Positions 21,618-31,764 of a stretch of DNA of 32,488 nucleotides are shown in pieces. The DNA is from Chrysochromulina tobinii (lineage: Eukaryota). The notes beneath the pieces are model-generated. The model had not been told where the DNA came from. It worked only from the letters and a program-made list of their open reading frames with translations, and ran no database searches. The translations under genes and the position numbers were made by a program. How positions within the stretch are numbered: the stretch's first letter is position 1; every line of letters starts with the position of its first letter. The stretch spans positions 1 to 32,488 of the forward strand of contig JWZX01002352.1 of the NCBI GenBank assembly GCA_001275005.1. Reading direction: 5' to 3'.

Positions 21618-21900
21618 GACCCTCGTGGTGAGACCCTGAGTGCCGTTCTTCCGTGTCGAGACAATTACTCAAATATTTTTTGTTGTTGAGTGTCGACCGC
21701 TGTCCCTCTCGGCTGCCTCGTTGTGTGCAGCCTCGGCTGCCTCTCCGCTAGTCGGAGGCGCCTGCGGCAAACCACCCTTCATTTGCTCAATTGAGCGGTG
21801 TCTTGGACTCTTGGTTGTCGTTTCTAATCAAAACCGTGGGCTGTGAAGAAACTGTGAATGCGCCGCTCGGCGCGTCGCGTCGGTCGGGAGAAGCTGCTCA

Positions 21901-24900
21901 ATGGCTCTATCCTACGCGTCGGCGCTCTTGGCCTCGGCTGCTGCGCTGCTCGAAATATCCGACCGTACGCTGCGCGTTCAGCCCGACATCGAATTTGAGC
22001 TTACGGCGCGCGGCGGCACCGGTTGCATCGAGTGGGTCTCCGAGGACAAAAAACTTGCCAAGGTCGTCGGCCAGAAGTGCGAAGGTGACGGCGAGCTCAC
22101 GAAGTGCGAGGGTGACAGCGAGCTCACCTGCAAGACGTGCTGCGAGGGCGCCGCATCAGTTGCGCGCGTGCGCACGATCGCGCCGCCTCCCGGCAAGACG
22201 CAGCGTTGGTTCACCTTCATCCACGCGAACGCGCTCGACGGCAAGCACGACACCATCTTCTGCGAGGTGAACGTGGCGCCGCTGGACCAGCTGCGCGTGG
22301 TGACGACGGTGCGCCAGGAGCTGCATGCGCACGAGCTGCAGTGGCTGCAGCTCTCGGCCTACGACGCTCTGCCCACCATCTATCTTCACGGCGGCTCATC
22401 CCTGGGCAACGTCTTCTCGCCCCCGGCACTCGAGGCGCTCGACGTGCAGTGGCACTTCCACCCCGAGCGCCTTCTGCAGCCGGTGCCGCCGAATGAGACG
22501 CGGCAGCAGCTGGACGGCGCGCTCGCCAAAGCCGGTGACAACTGGCAGCGCTACCACCGCCTCGCGGTCGTCGCGGGGAGCAACACAGAGGCACACCCGC
22601 TCGAGGTGCGCGTGAGTGCGTCGGTGGCGCTGTCGGGTGGCGGGCGACTCCACACGTCGGAGACGCTGACGATCCAACCGAGTGACTTGCGGCTGGTGCC
22701 GCTGGGGCGCGTGGCACTCGCGCCCACGATGCAAGTGCAATTCAAGCTCCTCACGTGCGATCGCGCTGGCACATGCCAGAAAAAGCCACACGACAGCGTG
22801 GGGCGGGCACCCGATTGGAGCGTGTCACCGACGAAGACCGCGAATGTGCGCATGGCCTCTTGATGGCCACTGATGGCCTCTTGATTGCCTCTTGATTGCC
22901 TCTTGATTGCCTCTTGATTGCCTCTTGATTGTGAATGTGCGCACGCCGAGGCTCACGACGGCGCCTCGCCCCCTCCGCGACGCCTTCGCCATCCCGCCCC
23001 CTTTCCAATCCCCCGTAACCGCCTCCCCGTAACCGCCTTCCCGTAACCACCTCCCCGTAACCGCCGCCACCTAACCGCCACTCGTAACCGCCTCTCGGGA
23101 GCGCAGGTGACGGCGCAAGGGCTCGTGACGGCGCTCGAGTCGGGGAATGCGAGTGTGCGCCTGTACCAGCCGCTCTTCAACGGCAGCATTCCCCTGCTCG
23201 TCTCGCCACCCGCCGCCGTCGTGATGGCGCTGCTCGAAGCCTCCTCTTCCAAATTAGGCGCGGACCTGAACATCCTAATTAGGATCCGCGACGCCTCTTC
23301 CAAATTAGGCGAGGGGCTGAGCGCGCTCGAGGCAGCGCCTGCGCACAGAGCGGCGCCCGACGGCTCGTACCTTCTGCTGCATCGGCCAGGCGCGCCGCGG
23401 CTGCTGCTGCGCACGCACCTGATGAGCCGCGCGCGCGTGGGGGCCGATGCGCAGGGGGGCGCCCAACACGACGCGCCCGCGGGGGGGCACTTGCTGGGCG
23501 GCGGCGGCGGCGGCGGCACGGTGAACCATTCGGTGCCGTTGCTGCTGCCTAGCGACGGCACTAAGACGCCCATCGGGAAGCTCAAGCACCATCTGCCTCA
23601 GCTCAACGCTCGTGACGTGGCGGCCGACAGCGCCGGCGCTTCGTCAGCTTCGTCAGCTTCGTCAGCTTCGTCAGCCGTGGTGGAGCTGCGGGAGGTGGAA
23701 GCGTACCGGTGCGGGAGTGAGTGCACCCTAGAGCGATGTGCACAGGATGGGACGTGCAGGGGCGGTCGCGCGCCGCACCCGGTCTGCCTGTGCCACGAGC
23801 TACGCACGCTGGCGCCGGGCTCTGTGGACCTGCGCGGGAAAATCGAGGCATCGCCGTCGGACGCCCAGCACGACGCGGTGGGCGAGGCGTCGCAATGGGG
23901 GGCACTCGAATCAGTGCTCAGGCTGCGTGTGCTCGAGCCTCTCGAGCTGAAGCCGGCCGCTGCACGCGTGCCGTGGGCGTGTGAGGCGTCCTCGAGTGCA
24001 CGCACGCCCGCCCTCGCACTGCCGCAGCTCAGCGGCGGATCGGGGGTGGCCGCGTGGGCGGTGAGCCCCGGCGACGCGGCGACGCTCGCCACGGCGCCCT
24101 TGGGAGCCACCCCGCTGCTCGTGGTACGACCTGCGCTGCTCACGCTGACGGCGGCCCGAGCCGGAGGGCAAGGTACGCGTCGTCGTCGTCGGACGCGTCA
24201 TACATCTCCACGAGTGCTACTGTCGACGTCGTGCGCGTGGCGTGGCTCGAAATTCATGTGCCCTCCGAAGACGTCGTTCTGGACGCGGACTTCAATGTGA
24301 CGGTCGCGCTGCTCGGTGTGAACGGCCACCCTCTCGCCCTCGACACGTGCGGCGCGCTGCGCTTGAGCTACGAGCTCCTCCACCGAGCAGCCGACTCCCC
24401 CTCCGCCGCCGCCTCCGCCGCCTCCGCCTCCCCCTCCGCCTCTGCCTCCGAGCAGCTCGTACCGGTAACGGCCGTTGGCTCGGCGGGGACGGCGGCAGCG
24501 GGGGAGGTGGCCGTTGCTGCCATGGGCGACCTGCAGTGCCTGCCGCAGTGCCCCAACGGCACCGTCGTGGGCGCCGTCGAGGGCGCCTCGTGCGTGACGC
24601 TCCGGCTGCGCGCGGTTGTCGTCGGGCGCGTCGCCTTGCGTGTGAGGGTCGCGTCTGGATGCGCCGCCGACGCCGCCGACCCCTCCCTCGTCGCCAGCGC
24701 GGAGCGCGTACTTAACGTCTTCGCCCCGCCCCCCGTGCATCAAGTCCAACTGTGCGTGAGCGACGACGACGCGCCGTTCTCGTACGTGCCGCTCCTCCCC
24801 TTGCCACCCACCGTGCGTGCCGCCGCGCTCGCGCACAACCCCGTCTTCGAACCAGCGGCCGGCCAGGCCGACAATCTCGTCGTCGGCGAGATTGTCAACC

Positions 24901-26315
24901 TCGTGAGCTGGGGGCTTCATTTTGAGGTGCGCTGCCGCCGGCGTCACGCGCAAGTGGCCAAGCTGCTGCCTAGCATGCAAGTGCTCACAACGGCGCCATT
25001 TCCCTCGTCCTCAGGTGCGCTGCCGCCGGCCTCACGTGCAAATGGCCAAGCTGCTGCTCAACTATTCCGTCGGACTGCCTCCCCTCGAAGTGGGACTTCA
25101 CGTCACCTGCGGCGACGTGCTTCGCGTCGATGCCGAGGGCGGCAGCCTCGCTATACAGGTGGGCGAGACGGCAGCGCATCCGCTCGTTGGGGCGTGGCGG
25201 GGCGCCCATGTCAGCGCGACGCCCACCGCCGAGGACGCCGACGCCCAGATTGCGATTGAGATTGCGGAGGCGGCGGCGGACGCGGCGGCGGACGGCCTCG
25301 CCCCCCTGCAGCCAAATCGAATGCTCTCCCTCCGAGGCGTGCGCTCCGGCCTCGTGCGCCTCGCCCTACGCGTAGAGCCGCCAAGCGACGCGAGACGCCT
25401 CGACGACGTTTCGTCAGTTTCGGCAGTTTCGGCAGTTTCAGCAGTTTCGTCAGCTTCGTCAGTTTCGTCAGTTTCGTCAGCCGGTGGGGTCGCCTCGGGG
25501 TCCACGCGCCGTGGCGAGCGCCCCCGCAGCCCGCTGGCGACGTGCGCAAGCACAGCGTCGGTGCGGGTACGCGTGGGCAGTCTGGCGCTGGTGTGCCCGT
25601 CGACGAGCGTGCTCGTGGGCGCGTCGGTCGTGTGTTACGCGCTGCATGCCGCCTCGGGTGTCGCGCAGCCACCGGACGCCGCCCTTCTCGCCACCGCTAC
25701 GTTTGAATGGTCGCTCGTCGACGGCGCCCACGACGGCGCGTCGTCGTCGGCCGTGCTTCGTGTGGAGCCCATGGCTGCCTCTGCCTTCGCCGTGCGCCTC
25801 GTCGCGCTCAGCGAGGGTACGGTCACGCTGCGTGTGCACATGCGGAGGCCGGCCAGTGGCGACGAGGCGAGGCACGAGGCGAGGCACGAGGCGTCCCTTC
25901 GCGTGAACGTGCTCCGACCCCTCGTGACCCTTCTCAGCCCGTCGATCGCAAGCGCAGCGCTCGGTACGGCGCCACTCCTCGTGCCGCCCGGTACGGCGCT
26001 TCCCCTCGCGGCCGCCAGCGCTGCGCTCGGTACGGCGCGCGCGCTCTCGTTCTCCCTGTGCGCCGGCGGCGCCGGCGAGGGCGCTCGGGACGGCGCCGAT
26101 GAGGACGCTCGGGACGGCGCCGCGCACGTCGAGGGCTCCACCCTGCACAGCGGCGATCGCCTCGGTCCGCTGTGCGTGCTCGCGACGACGCGCGCCGTCG
26201 TGGGCGATCCCGAGGAGGCGCCCGTCGTGCAGTCGCTGCGTCTCCATATGGAAGTCGTCGCCGTTGCCCAGCTTGGCTGGGCGTATGCCATCAGCGACGG
26301 CACCGACGGCACCGA

Positions 26316-26346
<31 letters not shown>

Positions 26347-27597
26347 CTGGCCGCAGGCGCGATTGCATTCGATGGCATGCTCCACGCGCACTTGCCAACG
26401 GTCCTCTGTGCCCGAGCGTTCGATAGCCTCGGGCGCGCGCTGCTCGGTACGGCGCTCCCCTCCGGCTGGCTGAAGCTGGGGAGCTTGCATGCTGGAGCGG
26501 TACGCGTCAAGCGCATCGGACGAAGCTGCGTGACCGTTTCACTGCATGCAAATGCTCACCACGACGCCCTCTCCCCACAGGTACGCGTCAAGCGCATCGG
26601 ACGAAGCTGCGTGGTCGTTTCAGCCGTTGGCGCGTGGCGGGAGCGGATGCGTGGCGAGGACGGCGACGACGACGCTGCCCGCGCGGCGAACCACACCGAC
26701 TTGACGAACCACACCGACTTGACGAACCACACCGACTTGACGAACCACACCGACTTCGCGGCGGCCGAGGAGGCGGAGGAGGCGGAGGAGGCGGACATGG
26801 AAACTCTCCCTCCGCTGGCCATTTTGGATGCAGTCGCTGCATTGCCCAATGCATCCAGTAGCCTCGCCGCGCACGCGTTCATTCCTCTGTCCCTCGCGCA
26901 CCCCTTGGGCGCTGCTGGTGGCTGGGAGGTCATCCGCAGCGCCTCCGCCACCTTCGCTGCCGCCTCGTACACCGGCGCCGAGGCCGCCGCCGTCCCCGCT
27001 AGGGGAGCCGACGCCACCAACGGCCATGCCGCTGCCGCTAACGCCGAGGCCGGTGCTCGAGACGGCGCGACGGCGCTCGAGACGGCGCCAAGCGACGTCA
27101 CGACCCTCGGCGACCGATTCGACTGGCGGTCGGTCGGCACAGCGGCCCGCGCGGCCATGGCGCACGTGCTGCCCGAGACGGCGCTCCCATTCCTCGAGCT
27201 CGAGCTGCCTACTCTGCCGCTGCCGTCGGTGGATGCGAGCATCCTCGCGCTCTCGGCCGTGCTCGGTCTCGTCCTGATCGGCATGTACCAGCTCTCCTTC
27301 TCGGCGCGGCCGAAGCCGAAGCCCGTCAATGTGCGTGATGACCTCTGATGACCTCTGATGACCTCTGATGACCTCTGATGACCTCTGATGACCTCTGATG
27401 ACCTCTGATGACCTCTGATGGCCACTGATGACCGATGATGACCGAGGATGACCGAGGATGACCGAGGATGACCGCTGATGACCGCTGATGACCAATCTTG
27501 ATTCCCCCCTCCTCAGGTGCGCGAGCTGGGGAAAGAGCTGCGTGGGCCTCAGTCGCCCAAGCACGTCTTCTCGCCCAACCCCAAGCCGCTGGGCTGA
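21901..27597 (+). CDS. NUP210: Nuclear pore membrane glycoprotein gp210-like; exons about 21901-22845, 23107-24926 (unresolved frame change near 24120-24270), 25015-26499, 26581-27330, 27517-27597
   Basis: Signal peptide; FELTARGGTGCIEWVS; CEVNVAPLDQLRVVTTVRQEL..LQLSAYD..GNVFS..W resembles the gp210 N-terminus. Ig-like repeats (VTAQGLVTAL, LSGGSGVAAW, AFDSLGR), a single C-terminal TM helix (ILALSAVLGLVLIGMY) and a short basic/SP cytoplasmic tail; about 1690 aa. Confidence 0.75.
22846..23106 (+). other. Nup210 intron (261 nt) with (TTGATTGCCTC)n, a degenerate internal module and (CCGTAACCGCCTCC)n
   Basis: AAT|GTGCGC...GCGCAG|GTG, phase 0; splicing gives KTAN|VTAQGLVTAL. Confidence 0.8.
24927..25014 (+). 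other. Nup210 intron (88 nt): exon-duplicate plus 3' module
   Basis: The first 43 nt match the next exon with 3 mismatches, followed by GCATGCAAGTGCTCACAACGGCGCCATTTCCCTCGTCCTCAG. Joins ORFs 24054..25259 and 24922..27348. Confidence 0.85.
26500..26580 (+). other. Nup210 intron (81 nt, 3n, stop-free): exon-duplicate plus 3' module
   Basis: The first 42 nt match the next exon with 2 mismatches, followed by GCATGCAAATGCTCACCACGACGCCCTCTCCCCACAG. Confidence 0.8.
26689..26756 (+). repeat. Coding 18-nt repeat x4 (NHTDLT)
   Basis: AACCACACCGACTTGACG in tandem. Confidence 0.9.
27331..27516 (+). other. Nup210 last intron (186 nt), almost entirely (TGATGACCTC)n-type 10-mers
   Basis: AAT|GTGCGT, about 15 10-mer units, then CCCCCCTCCTCAG|GTGCGC. 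The last exon has 26 codons plus TGA at 27595-27597. Confidence 0.8.
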
Positions 27598-27615
27598 AGA
27601 GGGTTCGCTCTCCTG

Positions 27616-27667
27616 AACTGGTCCTGTGAACTGGTCCTGTGAACTGGTCCTGTGAACTGGTCCTGTG
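27616..27667 (+). repeat. 13-nt tandem repeat x4 in the presumed 3' UTR
   Basis: (AACTGGTCCTGTG)4. Confidence 0.9.
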
Positions 27668-27978
27668 CGACCTTTTGGCGCTCTTGTCTCAATAGACACC
27701 TCTCGCGCAGCCGCGGCGGAGAGCGCGTGAGCAGCGGGTGGTGAGAGGCGCGCCCCTCCCGCCCCCTGGCGGTCTGGCCACATGCTTTATTACGAATTCA
27801 ACGAATTCATTTTCATGATGTTTTATTTTTGGACAACATGGGAAAATGGGAAGTTCTCGGAAACTCACGCGCAATAATTAACGAGACAGCAATTGTCCAA
27901 CGTTTTCGTGTGGGAAATTGGTGAAAGCAAGCGCTTGCGTCGGAGACCCCACCCGCTTGCTTTGACAACGCGGTTGGC

Positions 27979-28407
27979 ATGGAGAATCCCACCACCAGAT
28001 CGAGCGCAGCGCTCGAAAGTCATCTGGATTGGTTGCGCAGCGAGCGCGCTGCCTTTGAGCAGCACCAGGCCCGTGGCGGGCTACTGCTGGCAGCGGGCGA
28101 CTTTGCCGTGGGCAGCGACGCCTTCGCCGACGTGGGGGAGGAAATGCACTTCGAGCGGGGGATGAGCCTGGGAGATGAAAACCCTATTGATGACGACGTT
28201 CCTGTGTACCGTTCACTCTCTGTTGCCAGGGGTCCCGAACCGGCGGCGACGATTCCTGGGCCGCCAGCGATGAGCGCCCCTCCTGCCTCAGATGCGCATT
28301 CGTCATGGGCCGCGCAGAAGCGGCCCCCGCTGCTGCGGCGCCAGAACGCCTTCGTGAGTCGCAATCCAGACTGGATGGACGACTTGGATCAGGTATCGGG
28401 CAGTTGA
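27979..28407 (+). CDS. Small hypothetical protein
   Basis: ATG-initiated 142-aa ORF between AT-rich spacers with protein-like composition (DDDVPVYRSL, PPLLRRQNAF). Confidence 0.6.
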   Translation: MENPTTRSSAALESHLDWLRSERAAFEQHQARGGLLLAAGDFAVGSDAFADVGEEMHFERGMSLGDENPIDDDVPVYRSLSVARGPEPAATIPGPPAMSAPPASDAHSSWAAQKRPPLLRRQNAFVSRNPDWMDDLDQVSGS

Positions 28408-28863
28408 CTCCCCTCAACTTCATGCGCCGCCACGGGGTGAGACTCTCGATGTGCATCATGTACAAACTCAGACGAGTCTCCCCTAGAGGTCTCCACAGAG
28501 ACCAGACACCACAGTCATCAAGTCTAGGCTTGAGTGATCTGGAATGATATGAACATAAACACGCACAGTATCTCTCGTGGTGCCGTGAGCTCAAGTCTCT
28601 CATTGTTATACGACTAGACATCAACGTGTCTATTGACTATTGAGACGCCAATTCGCGCACCGTAATTCGATTGTGAGCGACGCGCGGGACGCCTCGCGGA
28701 CTGCGTCGACTTATGTTCGACCGGCTCGCCGCCCCCCCCGCGCGGCCGGCAGCCGTGAGCGCGTGGCCTCGCGCGGCGCCGCTCAAGGCCGCCGGGGGGG
28801 GCTTAGGTAGCCGGGCGGGGGATGATACACCCTTACGCGCACCGGCGGCCTTCGGCGGCCGGC

Positions 28864-29703
28864 TCAGACGTCTAGCGTCGAATAGTCGTTTCGGAGGGCG
28901 TCCCGTTTGGCCCGCCGCAAGTCTCTCGGTCGCGGCGTCGCTCCCGTGACGGCCAGGTGCGCAAAGTGCACCGGGCAGGGCACGCCAAACTGCTCTGTCA
29001 CGAGCGCTGCGGTCCAATCCGTCTCAGGGAGTCTACAAAAGGCGCGCAACCTTCCTCGAGGATCGCCCAACACCAGCCGGCCGTTGGTCGCGTCCTCGGC
29101 GACGGCCTGCTCGGCGCGAGCGTGCTCGAGCTCGTGAGCGTTCTCGTGGGCGTTCAGCCAGCCAAGCCCTCGAGGCACCATCGCCCAGCTGCCACCTGTC
29201 AGCCGATAGCTAGCCACCACCCCTCCGGCGTCGTCCGCGGTCAGTCGCAGCCAGCAGCTGCCGCGGTAGTCGGGCAGCGGCAGTTTTCCCGCGACAAAGG
29301 GCACCGCAGCGTGCTGAGAAGCAAAGACGAGACTGACTCCGCCGTCCGCCTGACCCTCAATGACCAACTTCACCCACGAGCGCTCGTCTGCGTAAGCATA
29401 CAGCCCAGCCTGCTCGCCGGATGTGCGGGGCTGTACGGACAGCTGCGCTTCCCACTCGCGCGGCGGCGGGGTATCCATGCTGAGCAGCCGAACGATATTT
29501 TGCGGCGGGCCAACATCTGGCCAGCCGCGCTGCACACGAGCTTCACGCGTCGTCCAGCTGCTGCCACTGGAGGCATGGCAAGTTGCCTGACGTGCGCCGC
29601 ACGAGCACAGCATGCTGAGCTCGGGATTGATCACGTTGAAATCGATCGGTCTCACCCATCCGGTCGCATCCATGGTCGCCTGAGGAGCGAGCACCGCGTC
29701 CAT
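28864..29703 (-). CDS. Concanavalin-A-like / DUF1349-like beta-sandwich protein
   Basis: EQAGLYAYADERSWVKLVIE and CWLRLTAD..VVASYRLTGGSW resemble the QAGL..W.K..E and WLRL.R..Y...G..W motifs of this fold. Confidence 0.65.
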   Translation of the reverse strand: MDAVLAPQATMDATGWVRPIDFNVINPELSMLCSCGARQATCHASSGSSWTTREARVQRGWPDVGPPQNIVRLLSMDTPPPREWEAQLSVQPRTSGEQAGLYAYADERSWVKLVIEGQADGGVSLVFASQHAAVPFVAGKLPLPDYRGSCWLRLTADDAGGVVASYRLTGGSWAMVPRGLGWLNAHENAHELEHARAEQAVAEDATNGRLVLGDPRGRLRAFCRLPETDWTAALVTEQFGVPCPVHFAHLAVTGATPRPRDLRRAKRDALRNDYSTLDV

Positions 29704-29868
29704 GATTGAGGTGACCGCTTTTTCTCAAGTCCTGGGTCCCAGCGTCCCACCACCTCAGGTTTGGCCTGCTGGTACACGAGGGTCTCAGGAACACAGATCG
29801 CGCGGCGTGATCGCCACTCCTGACAGAACCCGGGCATGAACAAGCGGCGTCTTCATTATCCGATCTCT

Positions 29869-30954
29869 TTAACTGTGGAGCAGCTTCAGCACCTCCTCAG
29901 CACAAGGCGCGTCGCAACGATGACTCTCACAGAGCGTGCGCGCGGTGCTGCCGTCGACGGCACGCGCCTCGGCCGGAGCGCCTCGGGCCAGCAGCAGCGC
30001 GGCCACACCCGCCGGGTCACATTTGAATCCTTCCTCGACGCGCGCCGCGGCCAGAGCCAGGTCGATGCAGCATGCATGCAAAGCCGTTCGACCCTCCGCA
30101 TCGATGGCGTCGGCGCGCGCGCCGGCGTCGAGAAGGAGTGTGCAGAGGTCCAGGCGCCCCTGATTCGCCGCGAGCATGAGCGCCGTCCGCCCCGTCTCGT
30201 GCCGTGCGTCTACGGGAGCGCCTGTGAATAGGATCGTTTGAACGAGTTTCGTCGAGATCCGTTCCGGTCGTAGGCATGAGATGTGGACGGCGAGGCAGAG
30301 GGCGTTCATGCGGTGCTCGTCGAGCGCCTCGCCATTCGCGTGCCGCAGCGCCTCGCGCACCGCGCGCATGTCCTCGCTCTCAGGCTCAGCATCCTCGCAC
30401 TGACCGATAGCCGAGAGCAGAGCGCCAACCGCCGCCGGCTCGGGTGGGTCTGGCAGCAGCTCGACAGCCGGTGGTTTCAGGCCACGCTCGATTGCCACGC
30501 TCACATAGAAGCGGCACTCGGCCACCGCCGCCCGCTCGCCGGCCGTGTCGCCGGCGCGGTGACATGCCTCGAGCAGACGCCCGGCCACCTTGGCGGCGAG
30601 CACGGGCGCTGAGAAGCAGGCCGAGCCGAGGGAGAGGCCTTCGAGGAGGCGCGTACGGGCCGCCGCAAGCTCTTGGTTGAGGATCTCGCAGTCGTCGCGT
30701 GTGAAGTGTGCACCCACCTCGGCGGCGGCGAGCTTGAGGTGGCAGAGGCCGAGGTTGGAGAGCAGCGGTAGCCGATTCTCATCCAGGACGGCCTCTGCGA
30801 GCGCAGCCTCGTAAGCGACGACTGCGTCTGAGATGTTGCCAGTGCGGAAGAGCTCGTTGGCCTCGTGGCGTTTGAGCTGCTCGTTCACAGTGAGCGAGAT
30901 GCGCTGCTGGTACGTCATGTCGGCTTTTTCGGCTTTCGTCGCCATTGACGCCAT
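29869..30954 (-). CDS. TPR plus ankyrin repeat protein
   Basis: TPR-like ANELFRTGNISDAVVAYEAAL and LLSNLGLCHLKL; ankyrin GRTALMLAANQGRLDLCTLLLDAGA and GRTALHAC. Confidence 0.85.
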   Translation of the reverse strand: MASMATKAEKADMTYQQRISLTVNEQLKRHEANELFRTGNISDAVVAYEAALAEAVLDENRLPLLSNLGLCHLKLAAAEVGAHFTRDDCEILNQELAAARTRLLEGLSLGSACFSAPVLAAKVAGRLLEACHRAGDTAGERAAVAECRFYVSVAIERGLKPPAVELLPDPPEPAAVGALLSAIGQCEDAEPESEDMRAVREALRHANGEALDEHRMNALCLAVHISCLRPERISTKLVQTILFTGAPVDARHETGRTALMLAANQGRLDLCTLLLDAGARADAIDAEGRTALHACCIDLALAAARVEEGFKCDPAGVAALLLARGAPAEARAVDGSTARTLCESHRCDAPCAEEVLKLLHS

Positions 30955-31074
30955 AGTTCTACTTGTAGGGACGTGTCACTTGGAAAAGGCGAGCACCTCG
31001 CGAACTTTTGTATTTTAGGTGGACTCGTATCGTCTTTCCGCGTACCAGGCGTCAGAGCTCGTGAAAGCTGCAAG

Positions 31075-31764
31075 TCAGCTGCGCCTGCGCCGCCGAGCCT
31101 CCCCAGTGACGCGTCGCCACCAATGCCGACGCCACCACTGCGAGCCCACGATGGTCTTTGGCGGACAAGTGATTGCATCGTTGAGCCGCTCGTGGATTTC
31201 CCACTCCTCATCATGCATCTCGGGCAAGTACCCGACGAGGAGATGGCACAAATGGAGAGGCTCCAGGCCGGATGAGATCTTGGCCTCGAGGATCTCAAGC
31301 GCGGCGAGATTGATGCGCACTTTGCTACCGGCGCGAGATCGCTCGTCCGTGCACTGCCCGCGTTTCGCATCGACACGCACCAGTAGCACCGGGGCGTGCG
31401 CACGGCTCGAGCGACAGGAACCCTTGAGGATGAAGGTGGCGTTCTTGTCATCAGACGTGAATTCAAATGAGAGCCGTGCGGCGCCCAACGTCGCGCGACC
31501 TCGTGCGATGGTGTCTCGACTCGTCTCCGTGCGTATGTGCTCCTCGATGCGGAGCCGCGCGAGACGCTTCCCGGCTCTGGTAAGTCTGCCTCGTGTTGCG
31601 GTGTCCAGTCCAAACTCATCCCTTTGCAATCGTTCGCGGAAGCCAGCTTCGACCGCAAGGCGCGCGGCAACGTCCGATGCGCGTTGGAAAACGTTGCGAT
31701 CGGAACAATCGGAGCTCAGCAGCGCGGGCAGCGACGCCAGGTGCGCTCGAAGCCGGTCGTCCAT
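31075..31764 (-). CDS. Hypothetical protein (start uncertain; first ATG at 31764)
   Basis: Protein-like ORF, tandem with the TPR-ankyrin gene; no recognisable domain. Confidence 0.45.
   Translation of the reverse strand: MDDRLRAHLASLPALLSSDCSDRNVFQRASDVAARLAVEAGFRERLQRDEFGLDTATRGRLTRAGKRLARLRIEEHIRTETSRDTIARGRATLGAARLSFEFTSDDKNATFILKGSCRSSRAHAPVLLVRVDAKRGQCTDERSRAGSKVRINLAALEILEAKISSGLEPLHLCHLLVGYLPEMHDEEWEIHERLNDAITCPPKTIVGSQWWRRHWWRRVTGEARRRRRS

Noticed and set aside
28842..28875. GC hairpin (CCGGC-GGCCTTCGGCG-GCCGG) followed by CTAG, like a Helitron 3' end
   Set aside because: The CTAG lies inside the last codons of the DUF1349-like CDS and is not followed by T, and no 5' end was found.
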